Shown piece by piece: positions 18,997 through 27,081 of a DNA stretch of 32,000 bases (position 1 is the stretch's first letter; every line of letters starts with the position of its first letter). The notes below the pieces were generated by a model. It searched no databases. It was not told where the DNA came from and saw only the letters and a program-made list of their open reading frames with translations. The translations under genes and the position numbers were made by a program. Source of the DNA: Aeropyrum pernix K1 (lineage in GTDB: Archaea; Thermoproteota; Thermoprotei_A; Sulfolobales; Acidilobaceae); NCBI RefSeq assembly GCF_000011125.1, contig NC_000854.2, positions 300,001 through 332,000 of the forward strand, written 5' to 3'.

Positions 18997-19207
18997 ACCC
19001 CCCAGCAGCCTTCAGCACAACCTTCCCTCTGCTATAGTCTGGCACCTTCACTACAAGCCCCTTCCTGACGAGGCTCGCCACAGCCCTCCGAAGGGGCCTC
19101 CTATCACCGCTCCAGCCTAGCCTCTCCACAAGCTCCTCCATAGTCAGCCCACCGCTCTCCCCCAGTATCCTCAGTATCCTAGCCTCCAGCTCCCCCTCAC
19201 CCTGCAA
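18962..19207 (-). CDS. Small winged-helix DNA-binding protein
   Basis: 81 aa: RILRILGESGGLTMEELVERLGWSGDRRPLRRAVASLVRKGLVVKV. Convergent 3' overlap with the aminotransferase gene. Confidence 0.55.
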   Translation of the reverse strand: MQGEGELEARILRILGESGGLTMEELVERLGWSGDRRPLRRAVASLVRKGLVVKVPDYSRGKVVLKAAGGSRPGRSGGRPP

Positions 19208-19259
19208 GGCGGTAGGACACCTCCCGGGCCACGTTTAAACCCGGGGGCGGCAGGGGTTA

Positions 19260-19475
19260 ATGTGTTGGATGGTGGCTATGGCCGGGCAGGGAAGGATTAG
19301 GCTGGCCTACAAGATTCTCTCCGTCGCCGTCGTCCTAGTCTCTCTGGCTTCCGTTGCGGGCAGCGTTTACGTCTACAGCCTGGGCTACGGGAGGAGATAC
19401 CTCCTTATGGCTGTCCTCTGGGCCGCCGTCCTCGCCTGGGCCCTCTCCGAGGCCTCCAGAGCCTTTAGGATGTAG
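19260..19475 (+). CDS. Small two-TM membrane protein (hypothetical)
   Basis: 71 aa with two hydrophobic helices. It overlaps the opposite-strand HTH ORF. Confidence 0.4.
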   Translation: MCWMVAMAGQGRIRLAYKILSVAVVLVSLASVAGSVYVYSLGYGRRYLLMAVLWAAVLAWALSEASRAFRM

Positions 19476-19673
19476 CACCCTGTAGGTCCTCCTGCTATAC
19501 CTGGATACAACACCCTCCCTCTCGAGCCTAGCTAGTATCCTCCCTGCAGTCCAGCTAGTAACCCCAAGAAGCTCGCCCACCTCCCTCACGCTCACATACC
19601 TCCTCCCAGATCCTCTGAGTATGGCCGCCACAACCGCCAGCCTCACCTTCACCTTCATCTCTCCGCCCGACAC
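19335..19673 (-). CDS. Winged-helix/HTH protein
   Basis: RYVSVREVGELLGVTSWTAGRILARLEREGVVSRYSRRTYRVL; low-complexity C-terminus. Confidence 0.55.
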   Translation of the reverse strand: MSGGEMKVKVRLAVVAAILRGSGRRYVSVREVGELLGVTSWTAGRILARLEREGVVSRYSRRTYRVLHPKGSGGLGEGPGEDGGPEDSHKEVSPPVAQAVDVNAARNGSQRD

Positions 19674-19708
19674 CAGGGGCCACCCATAAGCCTGGCTTAG
19701 AAAGCTTT

Positions 19709-20038
19709 TTGAGCCCGGGGGGAGGCGTAAGTGTGGGGGGACTGGTGGAGTTGGCCTCGAGGAAGGTGCTGAACAAGTATAAGATGCTTGTCGAGTCGCT
19801 AGGCCTGAAACAGCTTGACGTCTACCGCGTGGTACACGAGGGAAAGCCTGTCGACGTTATAAGGATCCAGGACCCCGCCTCGGGTAAGACCGCGTTAGTG
19901 GATCTAGGAACCACCAGGGAGTCCCTCACGCTGCAGGAGTTCGCCGAGAAGCTGCTCAAGGCGCTGGGAGAAAGCGGGATAACGGTGAGCGAGAGGCTGC
20001 TGCTGAGACTCAGGGGCAAGCTACTGGAGACAGGCTGA
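19709..20038 (+). CDS. Hypothetical protein
   Basis: 109-aa ORF with protein-like composition (GKPVDVIRIQDPASGKTALVDLGTTRESLTLQEFAEKLLKAL). Start uncertain. Confidence 0.6.
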   Translation: MSPGGGVSVGGLVELASRKVLNKYKMLVESLGLKQLDVYRVVHEGKPVDVIRIQDPASGKTALVDLGTTRESLTLQEFAEKLLKALGESGITVSERLLLRLRGKLLETG

Positions 20039-20271
20039 GCTCCAGCACCGGGCGGGCGAGGCTCCAAGACCCCCATAACTAGCAGGCACCAGCCGGTTGC
20101 CCCCCTTCGAGGCAGCCATTAACCCTCAACCCTTACACAGTGTTTCTCCCAGGCCTGCGGGCCGCGTTAGACGGGCTACATATTGGCCGGCTAACCGTTT
20201 AAGCCGTGTTACACATTAATAAACTATAATATGGTCTACAGGGTCCCCGGCGGGGTACTGACCGGCGGCTG

Positions 20272-20703
20272 GTGGACATGCCCAGGAGGGGTGTTGGCTA
20301 CGAGAGGGAGCTCGCTAAGATACTCTGGGAGAGGGGATGGGCTGTTATACGGGGGCCTGCCAGCGGGGGCGGCTCCAGGTCTAGGGTTCAGCCTGACCTC
20401 GTGGCGGTGAGAGGCGGTGTCGTCCTCGTGTTCGAGATTAAGAAGGCCCGGGGGGAGACTGTCTACCTAGACCCCGGCCAGGTCCTGGGGCTTCTTGAGT
20501 GGGCTAGGAGGGCTGGTGGTGACGCGTGGATCGCCCTCAGGCTAGTCGGGAAGGGGTGGAGGTTCCATAGGGCGGATTCTCTGGAGCACACCAGGAGGGG
20601 CGGCTTCAAGATATCGAGGCCCGGGGGAGGGCTTAAGCTGAGGGACCTCCTCACGCTCTACGGAGGGGGGGTTAGGAGGATTGACAGCTATCTCGAGGGC
20701 TAG
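20272..20703 (+). CDS. hjc: Holliday junction resolvase Hjc
   Basis: GVGYERELAKILWERGWAVIRGPASGG...QPDLVAVRGGVVLVFEIKKARGETVYL: E...D...ExK archaeal resolvase nuclease motif. Start may be the ATG at 20278. Confidence 0.93.
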   Translation: MDMPRRGVGYERELAKILWERGWAVIRGPASGGGSRSRVQPDLVAVRGGVVLVFEIKKARGETVYLDPGQVLGLLEWARRAGGDAWIALRLVGKGWRFHRADSLEHTRRGGFKISRPGGGLKLRDLLTLYGGGVRRIDSYLEG

Positions 20704-22241
20704 AGGGGCATGAAGCGTATGTCGTAGCCGTGCTTCTCAGCAAGCTTCTTAGCCCTCTTAAGCCTCCTGGCGGTTACTCTGGAGGACCTGGGCGGGAGCC
20801 TGACTATCAGAGTCTCGTCCCTCACCTCCACCTCGGCGTCTGGGAGGAGCTTCCTTATGGCCCCTAGTATCGCCGCCTCGCCCCTCCCCCTCCTCTCCCT
20901 CACCGGGACTACCATGGTCTGCTCGCCGAAGGTGTAGATCTCGTACTCCAGCTCGCCCGTGATGAAGTCCCTTACCTCGACCACCGGCCTCGACAGCTCC
21001 GCCTCCCGCAGCCCTGTGGGGAGCTTGACGGTTATTGAGAGCTCGTACACCTTGGACACCTCTCCGGAGTCTATGAATATTACCGTGTCTATAATGCTGG
21101 GTATCATGCCCAGCTCCACCCTCCTGAGGAACCTCTGCACAGCGTCTATAGGCGTGGTGGCGTGTACAACACCTATCATGCCTATCCCGGCGAGCCTCAG
21201 GTCGACGTAGAGCTGGAAGTCCTCGTCGCTCCTCAGCTCGTCGTAGACCGTGTAGTCGGGCCTCGAGAGGAGGAGGATGTCGTGAAGCTCCCCGAGGTCG
21301 GCATAGTTCTTGGAGTACTGGGTCACGTTGGGGGGCAGCCTCATGTCCCTCGGGGACTCTATAGTCTTGACAACCTTGCCCTGCTCGGCGTAGAAGGTGG
21401 CTAGGGCCTGGGCGAACGTGGTCTTACCCATGCCAGGGGCGCCCGCTATCAGTATGCCCTCAGCCCTCTCCAGGAGCCTGTTGTAAAGCTTCTCCGGGAG
21501 GCTGTAGTCCTCGAGCCTCAGCTTGGCCACAGGCTTTACAGCGGTGACCTCCCACCCGTCGCTGAGGGGCGGCCTGGTTATGACTATCCTATAGTCCTTA
21601 AGCTGCACTATGGTGGAGCCGCTCCTGTCTATCTCTATGAAACCCTCCTCCTCAAGGGCGGAGGCCTCTATTATCTCCCTGGCTATCTCCTCGATCTCAG
21701 CCCTCGTCAGCGGCTTGTCCGAGAGGCTGACGAACATCCAGCTACCCGGCTTGCCGACCTTAGCCAGGGGCGGCACGCCCTCCTTAAGGTGGACGCTCAT
21801 AGTCCTCCCGTCGAAGAACTCCTCAATCCTTATCCTCCCGGTCCTGCTCCTCCCTGTGAATAAGACGCTTACACCCAGGGCCCTGGCGGCCCTGGCCTGT
21901 ACGGGATCGCTCGTGACCAGGGTTGCCCCGACCCTCAGGGCGTACCTCCTCAGGACGGACTTGAGCTCCCCCTCATCCCTAGGCTGCACCCTGGCATCGT
22001 CCTCCACCACGACAATCTCAACATCGCCGACGCCAGCGTCCATAAGCCTCGATAGCTCGGCGAGCCCCGCGTAACCGGCGCTCCTCCCCCTCTTCGCCTC
22101 GCTGTAGAGATAGTCCACCAACGCTGAGTGTATAAGAACCCTGCCCCTGAGCCCCCCCGAGGATATCATCCTGAGGGCGCTGCCGTCAACAACGCTGTCC
22201 AGGTCCAGCAGGTAAACCTCCCCGCCACCATACTCGGTCAT
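20700..22241 (-). CDS. PIN-domain, VirB11/PilT-like ATPase and C-terminal KH-like protein (PINA-type)
   Basis: N-terminal PIN domain (VYLLDLDSVVD...ATLVTSDPVQARAA), Walker A GAPGMGKTT, secretion-ATPase-like VHATTPIDAVQRFLRRVELG, C-terminal KH-like domain. Confidence 0.93.
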   Translation of the reverse strand: MTEYGGGEVYLLDLDSVVDGSALRMISSGGLRGRVLIHSALVDYLYSEAKRGRSAGYAGLAELSRLMDAGVGDVEIVVVEDDARVQPRDEGELKSVLRRYALRVGATLVTSDPVQARAARALGVSVLFTGRSRTGRIRIEEFFDGRTMSVHLKEGVPPLAKVGKPGSWMFVSLSDKPLTRAEIEEIAREIIEASALEEEGFIEIDRSGSTIVQLKDYRIVITRPPLSDGWEVTAVKPVAKLRLEDYSLPEKLYNRLLERAEGILIAGAPGMGKTTFAQALATFYAEQGKVVKTIESPRDMRLPPNVTQYSKNYADLGELHDILLLSRPDYTVYDELRSDEDFQLYVDLRLAGIGMIGVVHATTPIDAVQRFLRRVELGMIPSIIDTVIFIDSGEVSKVYELSITVKLPTGLREAELSRPVVEVRDFITGELEYEIYTFGEQTMVVPVRERRGRGEAAILGAIRKLLPDAEVEVRDETLIVRLPPRSSRVTARRLKRAKKLAEKHGYDIRFMPL

Positions 22242-22388
22242 AACACTATCCCCACTTAACCACTCACAGCGAGCCGAGGCCGCCCGGCATGGGGCCGCCC
22301 AAGCCCACTATTCTACATGGGCCGCCGGGTGGGGATAACGCTTTCAACCCGCACAGCCCACAACCAGGTAGCCGGGTGTACGCCCGGG

Positions 22389-23228
22389 ATGGTTGACATT
22401 CTCGTAACAGCATCGAGGATATACACGGGTAGGGAGGTCCTCGGCGAGGGCTATATATACGTGAGGGACGGTGTCGTCACAGCCCTGGGCGAGGGTATGC
22501 CGCCGGAGGACCTCACATACCCCACCATAACACTCGGCGGTAGGGGGAGGATCGCCGCTCCCGGCCTGGCTCTAGCGGCCGACGCGCCGGCATACCTACT
22601 CAGGTTCCTTAGGCCTAGTGTGGAGAGGAGGGTTGAACTCTACCGCGCCCTCGGGCATGACGCGGCCTTCACAAGCTCTCTCCCGGCCGTTTACGAGCTC
22701 CACCTCCACGGCGTCACCACCGTGTTCATAGAGTACATTACACCAGACCTGCCAGCCAAGCTGGCGGAGGCCGTGGGGGGTAGATACGGCCTCCTCCACC
22801 CGAGCTGCCCGGGCACCCCAGAGCCCGGCGGGAAGCCCCCCGCCCTTGCGGGTGTAGTGAGCAGGGGCTGCGGCGAGGGGGGTGCCCCGGGGTGGGCGTT
22901 GGAGAGTCTGCCGGTCTACAGGCCCTCAGCCCTGGAGAGGCCGTGGAGCCTCTCAGAGGAGCTTCGCAGGGAGGCGGGCTTGGGGGAGGGTGTTTTGAGG
23001 GAGGGCTCTACCGCGGAGATCGCGGTGTTCGACTCATCCCGCCCTCCGGGGATGCTGCTCGACAGGTACGAGCTGAGCCTCGACGCCCTCTACAGGCTGG
23101 GGCTGCAGGTTGAGTCTCTAGTCTCGGGCAGCGACATCCTGGTGGACGGCGGCGAGCACCTGTACATAGTGGAAAAGCATTTCAGCGAGGCCTATAGTCT
23201 CGCCTCCAGGCTTGCCGGGCTGCTGTGA
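22389..23228 (+). CDS. Degenerate amidohydrolase-superfamily-like protein (composite domain retained, metal ligands not evident)
   Basis: MVDILVTASRIYTGREVLGEGYIYVRDGVVTALGEG...RIAAPGLAL and C-terminal VLREGSTAEIAVFDSSRPPG resemble the two halves of the amidohydrolase composite domain; the HxH motif is absent. The ORF track starts at 22317; the internal ATG at 22389 is preferred. Confidence 0.55.
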   Translation: MVDILVTASRIYTGREVLGEGYIYVRDGVVTALGEGMPPEDLTYPTITLGGRGRIAAPGLALAADAPAYLLRFLRPSVERRVELYRALGHDAAFTSSLPAVYELHLHGVTTVFIEYITPDLPAKLAEAVGGRYGLLHPSCPGTPEPGGKPPALAGVVSRGCGEGGAPGWALESLPVYRPSALERPWSLSEELRREAGLGEGVLREGSTAEIAVFDSSRPPGMLLDRYELSLDALYRLGLQVESLVSGSDILVDGGEHLYIVEKHFSEAYSLASRLAGLL

Positions 23229-23287
23229 GGTCGCCGATCGAGGACCTCCACATACACCCCCGGGGGGCTTCGGACCCTTTCACCCGC

Positions 23288-24526
23288 TCATCCCCTGAGC
23301 CCCAGCGTCTTTAGTATCGAGTGGAGACTTTCACCCTTAAGGTCGAACACTCTGGGTGGAGGTATGAATATGTCTCTCACCTTCTCGAACTCGCTTCTGA
23401 ACCCCTGTGGGGAGGCCCGTGGGTTGGGCGGCTGGTCTACCCCGCAGACCTCCACCTGCCTCCTCGCTATGTCGTAGAGGCCTATCTCCCTACTCTTCTC
23501 CACTATCTCATCCTTATCCATGCCGGCGAGGGGTCTCAGGACGGGTAGTTCGAGGCCGCTGCTTATCAGCCTCAGGTTCCTTACCGTCTGGCTCGCAACC
23601 TGGCCCACGCTCTCGCCCGTTACTAGGGCTTCGAACCCCTCCCTCGCAGCGAGGTCCTGGGCGTGGAGCAGCATGAGCCTCCTGAGGACTAGCGTTCTGT
23701 AGCTGGGCTTTACGAGGCCGTTGACTATGAGGGCCGCGCCCCGGAAGTTTACCACGTAGAGCCTGGGCCTGTACCCCCAGGCCCACTCTCCCGCGAGCGT
23801 CTTAGCACCCTCAACAGCGACCTCCAGAGCCTCTGGCACGCCGAAGTCGTAGAAGGCGAGGTGGACTGGCGAGCCACGCCGCATTATCATCCAGGCGGCC
23901 ACGCCTGAGTCGAAGCCCCCGCTGTATAGGGCTAGGCTGGGCTCCTCGCTCCCCACCGGCAGCCCCCCGGGGCCCGGGTTTATGGTGTCGAAGAAGTACG
24001 CCCGGCGGCCCCTAACCTCAACGTAAGCGGTGTACTCCGGCTTCTCCAGGTCTACACCGCCGGCCCCCCGCTCCAGTAGGAGCTTACCCAGTAGCCTCTC
24101 AACATCCTTGCTGGTGAACCCCTCGACACCACTCCTCCTAGCCCTAACCCTGAAAACCCTACCCCTAACCCTCTCCCCGAAGAACTCTGCAGCCTTCTCG
24201 GCCAGGTCCTCGATACCGCTGTACTCCACCTCAACCGCGGGGCTGACACTCTTAACCCCGAAAACCCTCGCAGAAGCCCTCGCAGCGGCAGCCGCGTCCC
24301 CAGGGCTGCGAAGCCTGACCAGCACCCTTCCCTGAAGCCTCTCCACCTCAGCCTCAACACCAGCGGCTGCCAGAGACTCCTCCAGAGCCCTGAGAAGGAG
24401 CCTCTCCATCCTAGACCTAGTGTACCCCCCCTTAACGGCTATCTCACTATACCTGACCAGCACCACATTATACTCCAAACAAAGCCACCCCCCGTGAACC
24501 CTAGGCTTTACCCAAGCTCCCTCCAC
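23288..24526 (-). CDS. thiI: tRNA 4-thiouridine sulfurtransferase ThiI (no rhodanese domain)
   Basis: VRYSEIAVKGGYTRSRME, THUMP region, PP-loop SGGFDSGVAAW, TGESVGQVASQTVRNLRLI. Confidence 0.92.
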   Translation of the reverse strand: MEGAWVKPRVHGGWLCLEYNVVLVRYSEIAVKGGYTRSRMERLLLRALEESLAAAGVEAEVERLQGRVLVRLRSPGDAAAAARASARVFGVKSVSPAVEVEYSGIEDLAEKAAEFFGERVRGRVFRVRARRSGVEGFTSKDVERLLGKLLLERGAGGVDLEKPEYTAYVEVRGRRAYFFDTINPGPGGLPVGSEEPSLALYSGGFDSGVAAWMIMRRGSPVHLAFYDFGVPEALEVAVEGAKTLAGEWAWGYRPRLYVVNFRGAALIVNGLVKPSYRTLVLRRLMLLHAQDLAAREGFEALVTGESVGQVASQTVRNLRLISSGLELPVLRPLAGMDKDEIVEKSREIGLYDIARRQVEVCGVDQPPNPRASPQGFRSEFEKVRDIFIPPPRVFDLKGESLHSILKTLGLRG

Positions 24527-24596
24527 ACGACTATAGTGTAGTAGCCCCCGGGTTAATACTGCCCGAGGAGGGTGAGAGCGTAGCGGGGGCTGTTGG

Positions 24597-25049
24597 TTGG
24601 CTAGGGTGGTGTCGTTTAGATGGCTTGAGGGCTATGCTGTGGCTGAGGCTACTCCGGAGGGGGTTAGGCTTAGGTTCTCCAACCTCACTCTGGAGTTCGG
24701 CCTTAGGGAGGTTCTTGTCGAGGGCGTGTTTGAGGGCTACCGCGAGTACACGACGCCCCGGGGGGAGAGGAAGACTATTTATATAGACTTCGCCTTCCCG
24801 GCTCGGGGCGTGGCAGAGCCCCGGGGCGCCGTCTATAGTGGCAGGGCCGACGTCCCCCTGGGGGGGTACGGCCTCAGCTACACTAGCCTGGAGCCCTCCT
24901 CAGCCTACATAACCCTGTACCCCCCGCCCGGAGCCCTCTACGACTACGCCACCGTATCACCCGACCTGGCCGCCATCTTCACGGTGGGGAGGAGGCAGGT
25001 TTACATGATGAGGGAGGAGGGCTCGACGGTCAGGATAATACTGGTCTAG
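24597..25049 (+). CDS. Hypothetical protein
   Basis: 150-aa beta-rich ORF with protein-like composition; no recognised family. Confidence 0.55.
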   Translation: MARVVSFRWLEGYAVAEATPEGVRLRFSNLTLEFGLREVLVEGVFEGYREYTTPRGERKTIYIDFAFPARGVAEPRGAVYSGRADVPLGGYGLSYTSLEPSSAYITLYPPPGALYDYATVSPDLAAIFTVGRRQVYMMREEGSTVRIILV

Positions 25050-25140
25050 CTGTGTTAAAATCTCAACAGCTAAAAATAAGATAGAACATCTAAACTATAA
25101 AATCTCCACACCACTACAACAAATATCATGGTGACGAGCA

Positions 25141-25575
25141 GTGTCCGCAGGAAACCACCTAGAAGTGGACGTAACCTCGATCCCCGTAAAGCCCGCTAGC
25201 GCGAAAGAGGTAAGAGAGCTCGAGATAGCACTCATAATAGGCACCCTCCTAAGGCCAGACGTTATACAGGAGATACTACACCCCAGAGAATTCACAACCT
25301 GGGTAGACAGCCTCGCAGTAGCAGCGGGAGCACTGGCCAGGGAAAAAGCAGGATACACAGTCGCCAAAATAGCGGAGGAGCTGGGTAGGTCCGAAACAAC
25401 GATAAGAAACCACCTACAAGGCAAGACAAAAGCCGGACAGCTAGTAAGAGAAACCTACGATATGATAAAAACAGGGAAGCTAAAGATAACAATCCCAACA
25501 CCGGAATGCGAAGAAACAAAGAAAAAACTAGAAACAGTAAAAACAACACTAAAAGAACTACTGGAAAAACTATAA
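25141..25575 (+). CDS. Helix-turn-helix putative transcriptional regulator
   Basis: GYTVAKIAEELGRSETTIRNHLQGKTKAGQLV is a canonical HTH; flanking helices; GTG start with a TATA-like element upstream (near 25092). Confidence 0.75.
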   Translation: MSAGNHLEVDVTSIPVKPASAKEVRELEIALIIGTLLRPDVIQEILHPREFTTWVDSLAVAAGALAREKAGYTVAKIAEELGRSETTIRNHLQGKTKAGQLVRETYDMIKTGKLKITIPTPECEETKKKLETVKTTLKELLEKL

Positions 25576-25583
25576 CCCAAAAC

Positions 25584-25733
25584 TTTTCCCCTCTTCCGTG
25601 GGGATGTATATACGTTTTGATTGGGGTAGGGTTTATTAGGTTTGGTTGGGACCCCCTCTCCTGTTGTATATATTTTTGTGTGTGGTTGTTTTTGTATCTC
25701 AATGTTTTCCCCCCAATCTGGGGGAGTATATAC
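25584..25733 (+). repeat. Two diverged direct copies of TTTTCCCC-N-GGGG(A)-TGTATATAC / TTTTCCCCCC-N-GGGGG-AGTATATAC (25584..25613 and 25705..25733)
   Basis: Direct reading of the sequence; each copy has a C-run/G-run pair followed by palindromic GTATATAC. Confidence 0.6.
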
Positions 25734-25754
25734 TCTTACCTCGTGGGCAAAGCA

Positions 25755-25895
25755 TATTAGGCCCTGTGTGAACCCCCCTTATGGCGAGGCCCCCGGCACA
25801 GGCCTGGGGGCCGGTGTGGTAAGCCCCGGGGGCCGGGGGTTTATCTATGTGATAGAGTTGGCTACGACCCCGCCCCCGGGATGGCGGGGTGTGGT
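25755..25895 (+). ncRNA. Candidate structured non-coding RNA (boundaries approximate, strand assumed from the TATA-like element)
   Basis: GC-rich foldable segment in an AT-richer gap: AACCCCC(25771)/GGGGGTT(25835), GGCCCCC(25788)/GGGGGCC(25806), ACCCCGCC(25867)/GGCGGGGT(25883); GTATATAC at 25726..25733. Confidence 0.35.
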
Positions 25896-25979
25896 ATAGA
25901 ATATAGTATCGGGTGTAGACACTACAACACACCCCAACAAAACCCTGTGCAGAATCTCCGAGATAGAATTGCAAGAGCA

Positions 25980-26744
25980 CTATATGTTGATGTCTCTCCT
26001 TTCAAATATGGCGACGGCTGTCAACAGCATTGCGAGCGCGGATAAAGCTAGCACCGCCAGGTCGTGGCCTGGCACTCCCCCCTCAAGTACTATACCCAGG
26101 GCGTCGTGGTACCTCGTTAGGGATAGGGCTCCTAGGCGCTCTAGCCTTGTGTCGAGGGTTAGCGTGTCCACGAAGTACATGGCAATAACCACTCCTGCGG
26201 CGGCCCAGGGTGCTCTTGGCGAGAGAGCAACCGCCCCTAATAGGATTCCCAGGGAGGCCACGGAAGCGAGGTAAACAGTGCCCGCCGTGTAGAGGGCCAA
26301 GTATCTCGCGAGATCGACCTCAAAACCGTACACCCCTGCGGAGAGGGCTAAGGCTGCTAGTGTCGAGGCGGAGGCCACGGCGGCTACAGCAACCGCCACC
26401 AGGTATTTGGAGAGGAGGACGAGCCCTCTCCTATGGGGGGATGAGAGGAGTATCCAAAACGTCTTCCCTTGCACCTCGCCCGATATAGCGTTGGCCGAGG
26501 AGTAGGCTATGTAGCCTCCTAGTACAGCAGTGTAGAAGAAGCCGTGGAAGTTCATTATATAGTAGGTGTCGAAGTTGAGCGTGTAGACCCCTCCTTTCGC
26601 GAAGAACTTAATGAACTCCTCGGGGAACTGCGCCAACAGCTCTTGAAGGGTCTCCAGATCCTCCTCGAGAGGCTTCCACGACCAAACAGTCAGTACAACC
26701 AGGACCGCAATAGCCATCGAGAGGATTATGAGCCGTTCACCCAA
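25980..26744 (-). CDS. ABC transporter permease (ABC-2 type, about 6 TM)
   Basis: Multiple hydrophobic helices with ABC-2 signature-like 'YIAYSSANAISGEVQGKTFWILLSSPHRRGLVLLSKYLVA'. Confidence 0.85.
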   Translation of the reverse strand: MGERLIILSMAIAVLVVLTVWSWKPLEEDLETLQELLAQFPEEFIKFFAKGGVYTLNFDTYYIMNFHGFFYTAVLGGYIAYSSANAISGEVQGKTFWILLSSPHRRGLVLLSKYLVAVAVAAVASASTLAALALSAGVYGFEVDLARYLALYTAGTVYLASVASLGILLGAVALSPRAPWAAAGVVIAMYFVDTLTLDTRLERLGALSLTRYHDALGIVLEGGVPGHDLAVLALSALAMLLTAVAIFERRDINI

Positions 26745-26826
26745 ACCGTGCCTTCATGTAACAAATTATAGCAGGTTGTGTCGGGCACGGCTGGGTTCAT
26801 CACGGTCTCCCCGGGGCCGCCTACGG

Positions 26827-26846
26827 AAGCCCCTGGGGGCTTCCCT
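26827..26846. repeat. Near-perfect hairpin GGAAGCCCC-TG-GGGGCTTCC flanked by CCCCGGGG palindromes (coordinates approximate)
   Basis: Seen in ...CCCCGGGGCCGCCTACGGAAGCCCCTGGGGGCTTCCCTCGGGAACCCCGGGG... Confidence 0.55.
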
Positions 26847-26901
26847 CGGGAACCCCGGGGTCACCGGGTTAGATTTATGAGCTTTAAGCCTTATAAGTTT
26901 T

Positions 26902-26918
26902 ATTGGGGATTCCCCAAT
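26902..26918. repeat. Palindrome ATTGGGGA-T-TCCCCAAT (operator-like)
   Basis: Perfect 8-bp arms with a 1-nt centre, adjacent to a TTATAAG TATA-like sequence, upstream of the permease gene. Confidence 0.55.
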
Positions 26919-26945
26919 ATGAGCTACATAACGAGGAGATATGGC

Positions 26946-26976
26946 TTAGATAGGCATTCAACATCAGCCTATCTAA
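26946..26976. repeat. Inverted repeat TTAGATAGGC-N11-GCCTATCTAA
   Basis: Perfect 10-bp arms read directly from the sequence. Confidence 0.6.
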
Positions 26977-26994
26977 TAGCTCTACGCGGTATAG

Positions 26995-27024
26995 AAAGAT
27001 ACAGTCAGATACAGAAAGATACAG
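26995..27024. repeat. Three tandem 10-bp repeats AAAGATACAG/TCAGATACAG/AAAGATACAG
   Basis: Direct reading; 10-bp periodicity. Confidence 0.8.
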
Positions 27025-27081
27025 CTTAGTGTTTCTGCCCCCTGAGCCGGAGCCTAGCCTCAAACGCCACTACAGACGGTA

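Noticed and set aside
21610-22074. 154-aa plus-strand ORF inside the PIN-ATPase gene
   Set aside because: Ser/Thr/Leu-rich antisense reading of a well-supported gene.
25292-25702. 136-aa hydrophobic minus-strand ORF antisense to the HTH regulator
   Set aside because: The hydrophobicity arises from antisense of Lys/Glu-rich helices; the HTH frame is far more convincing.
26995-27024. CRISPR-like array
   Set aside because: Contiguous 10-bp tandem repeats without spacers. No repeat-spacer pattern or cas gene was seen anywhere in the window.
26778-27029. 83-aa plus-strand ORF in the ABC spacer
   Set aside because: It reads through palindromes and tandem repeats with no coding features; the regulatory/structural interpretation is preferred.
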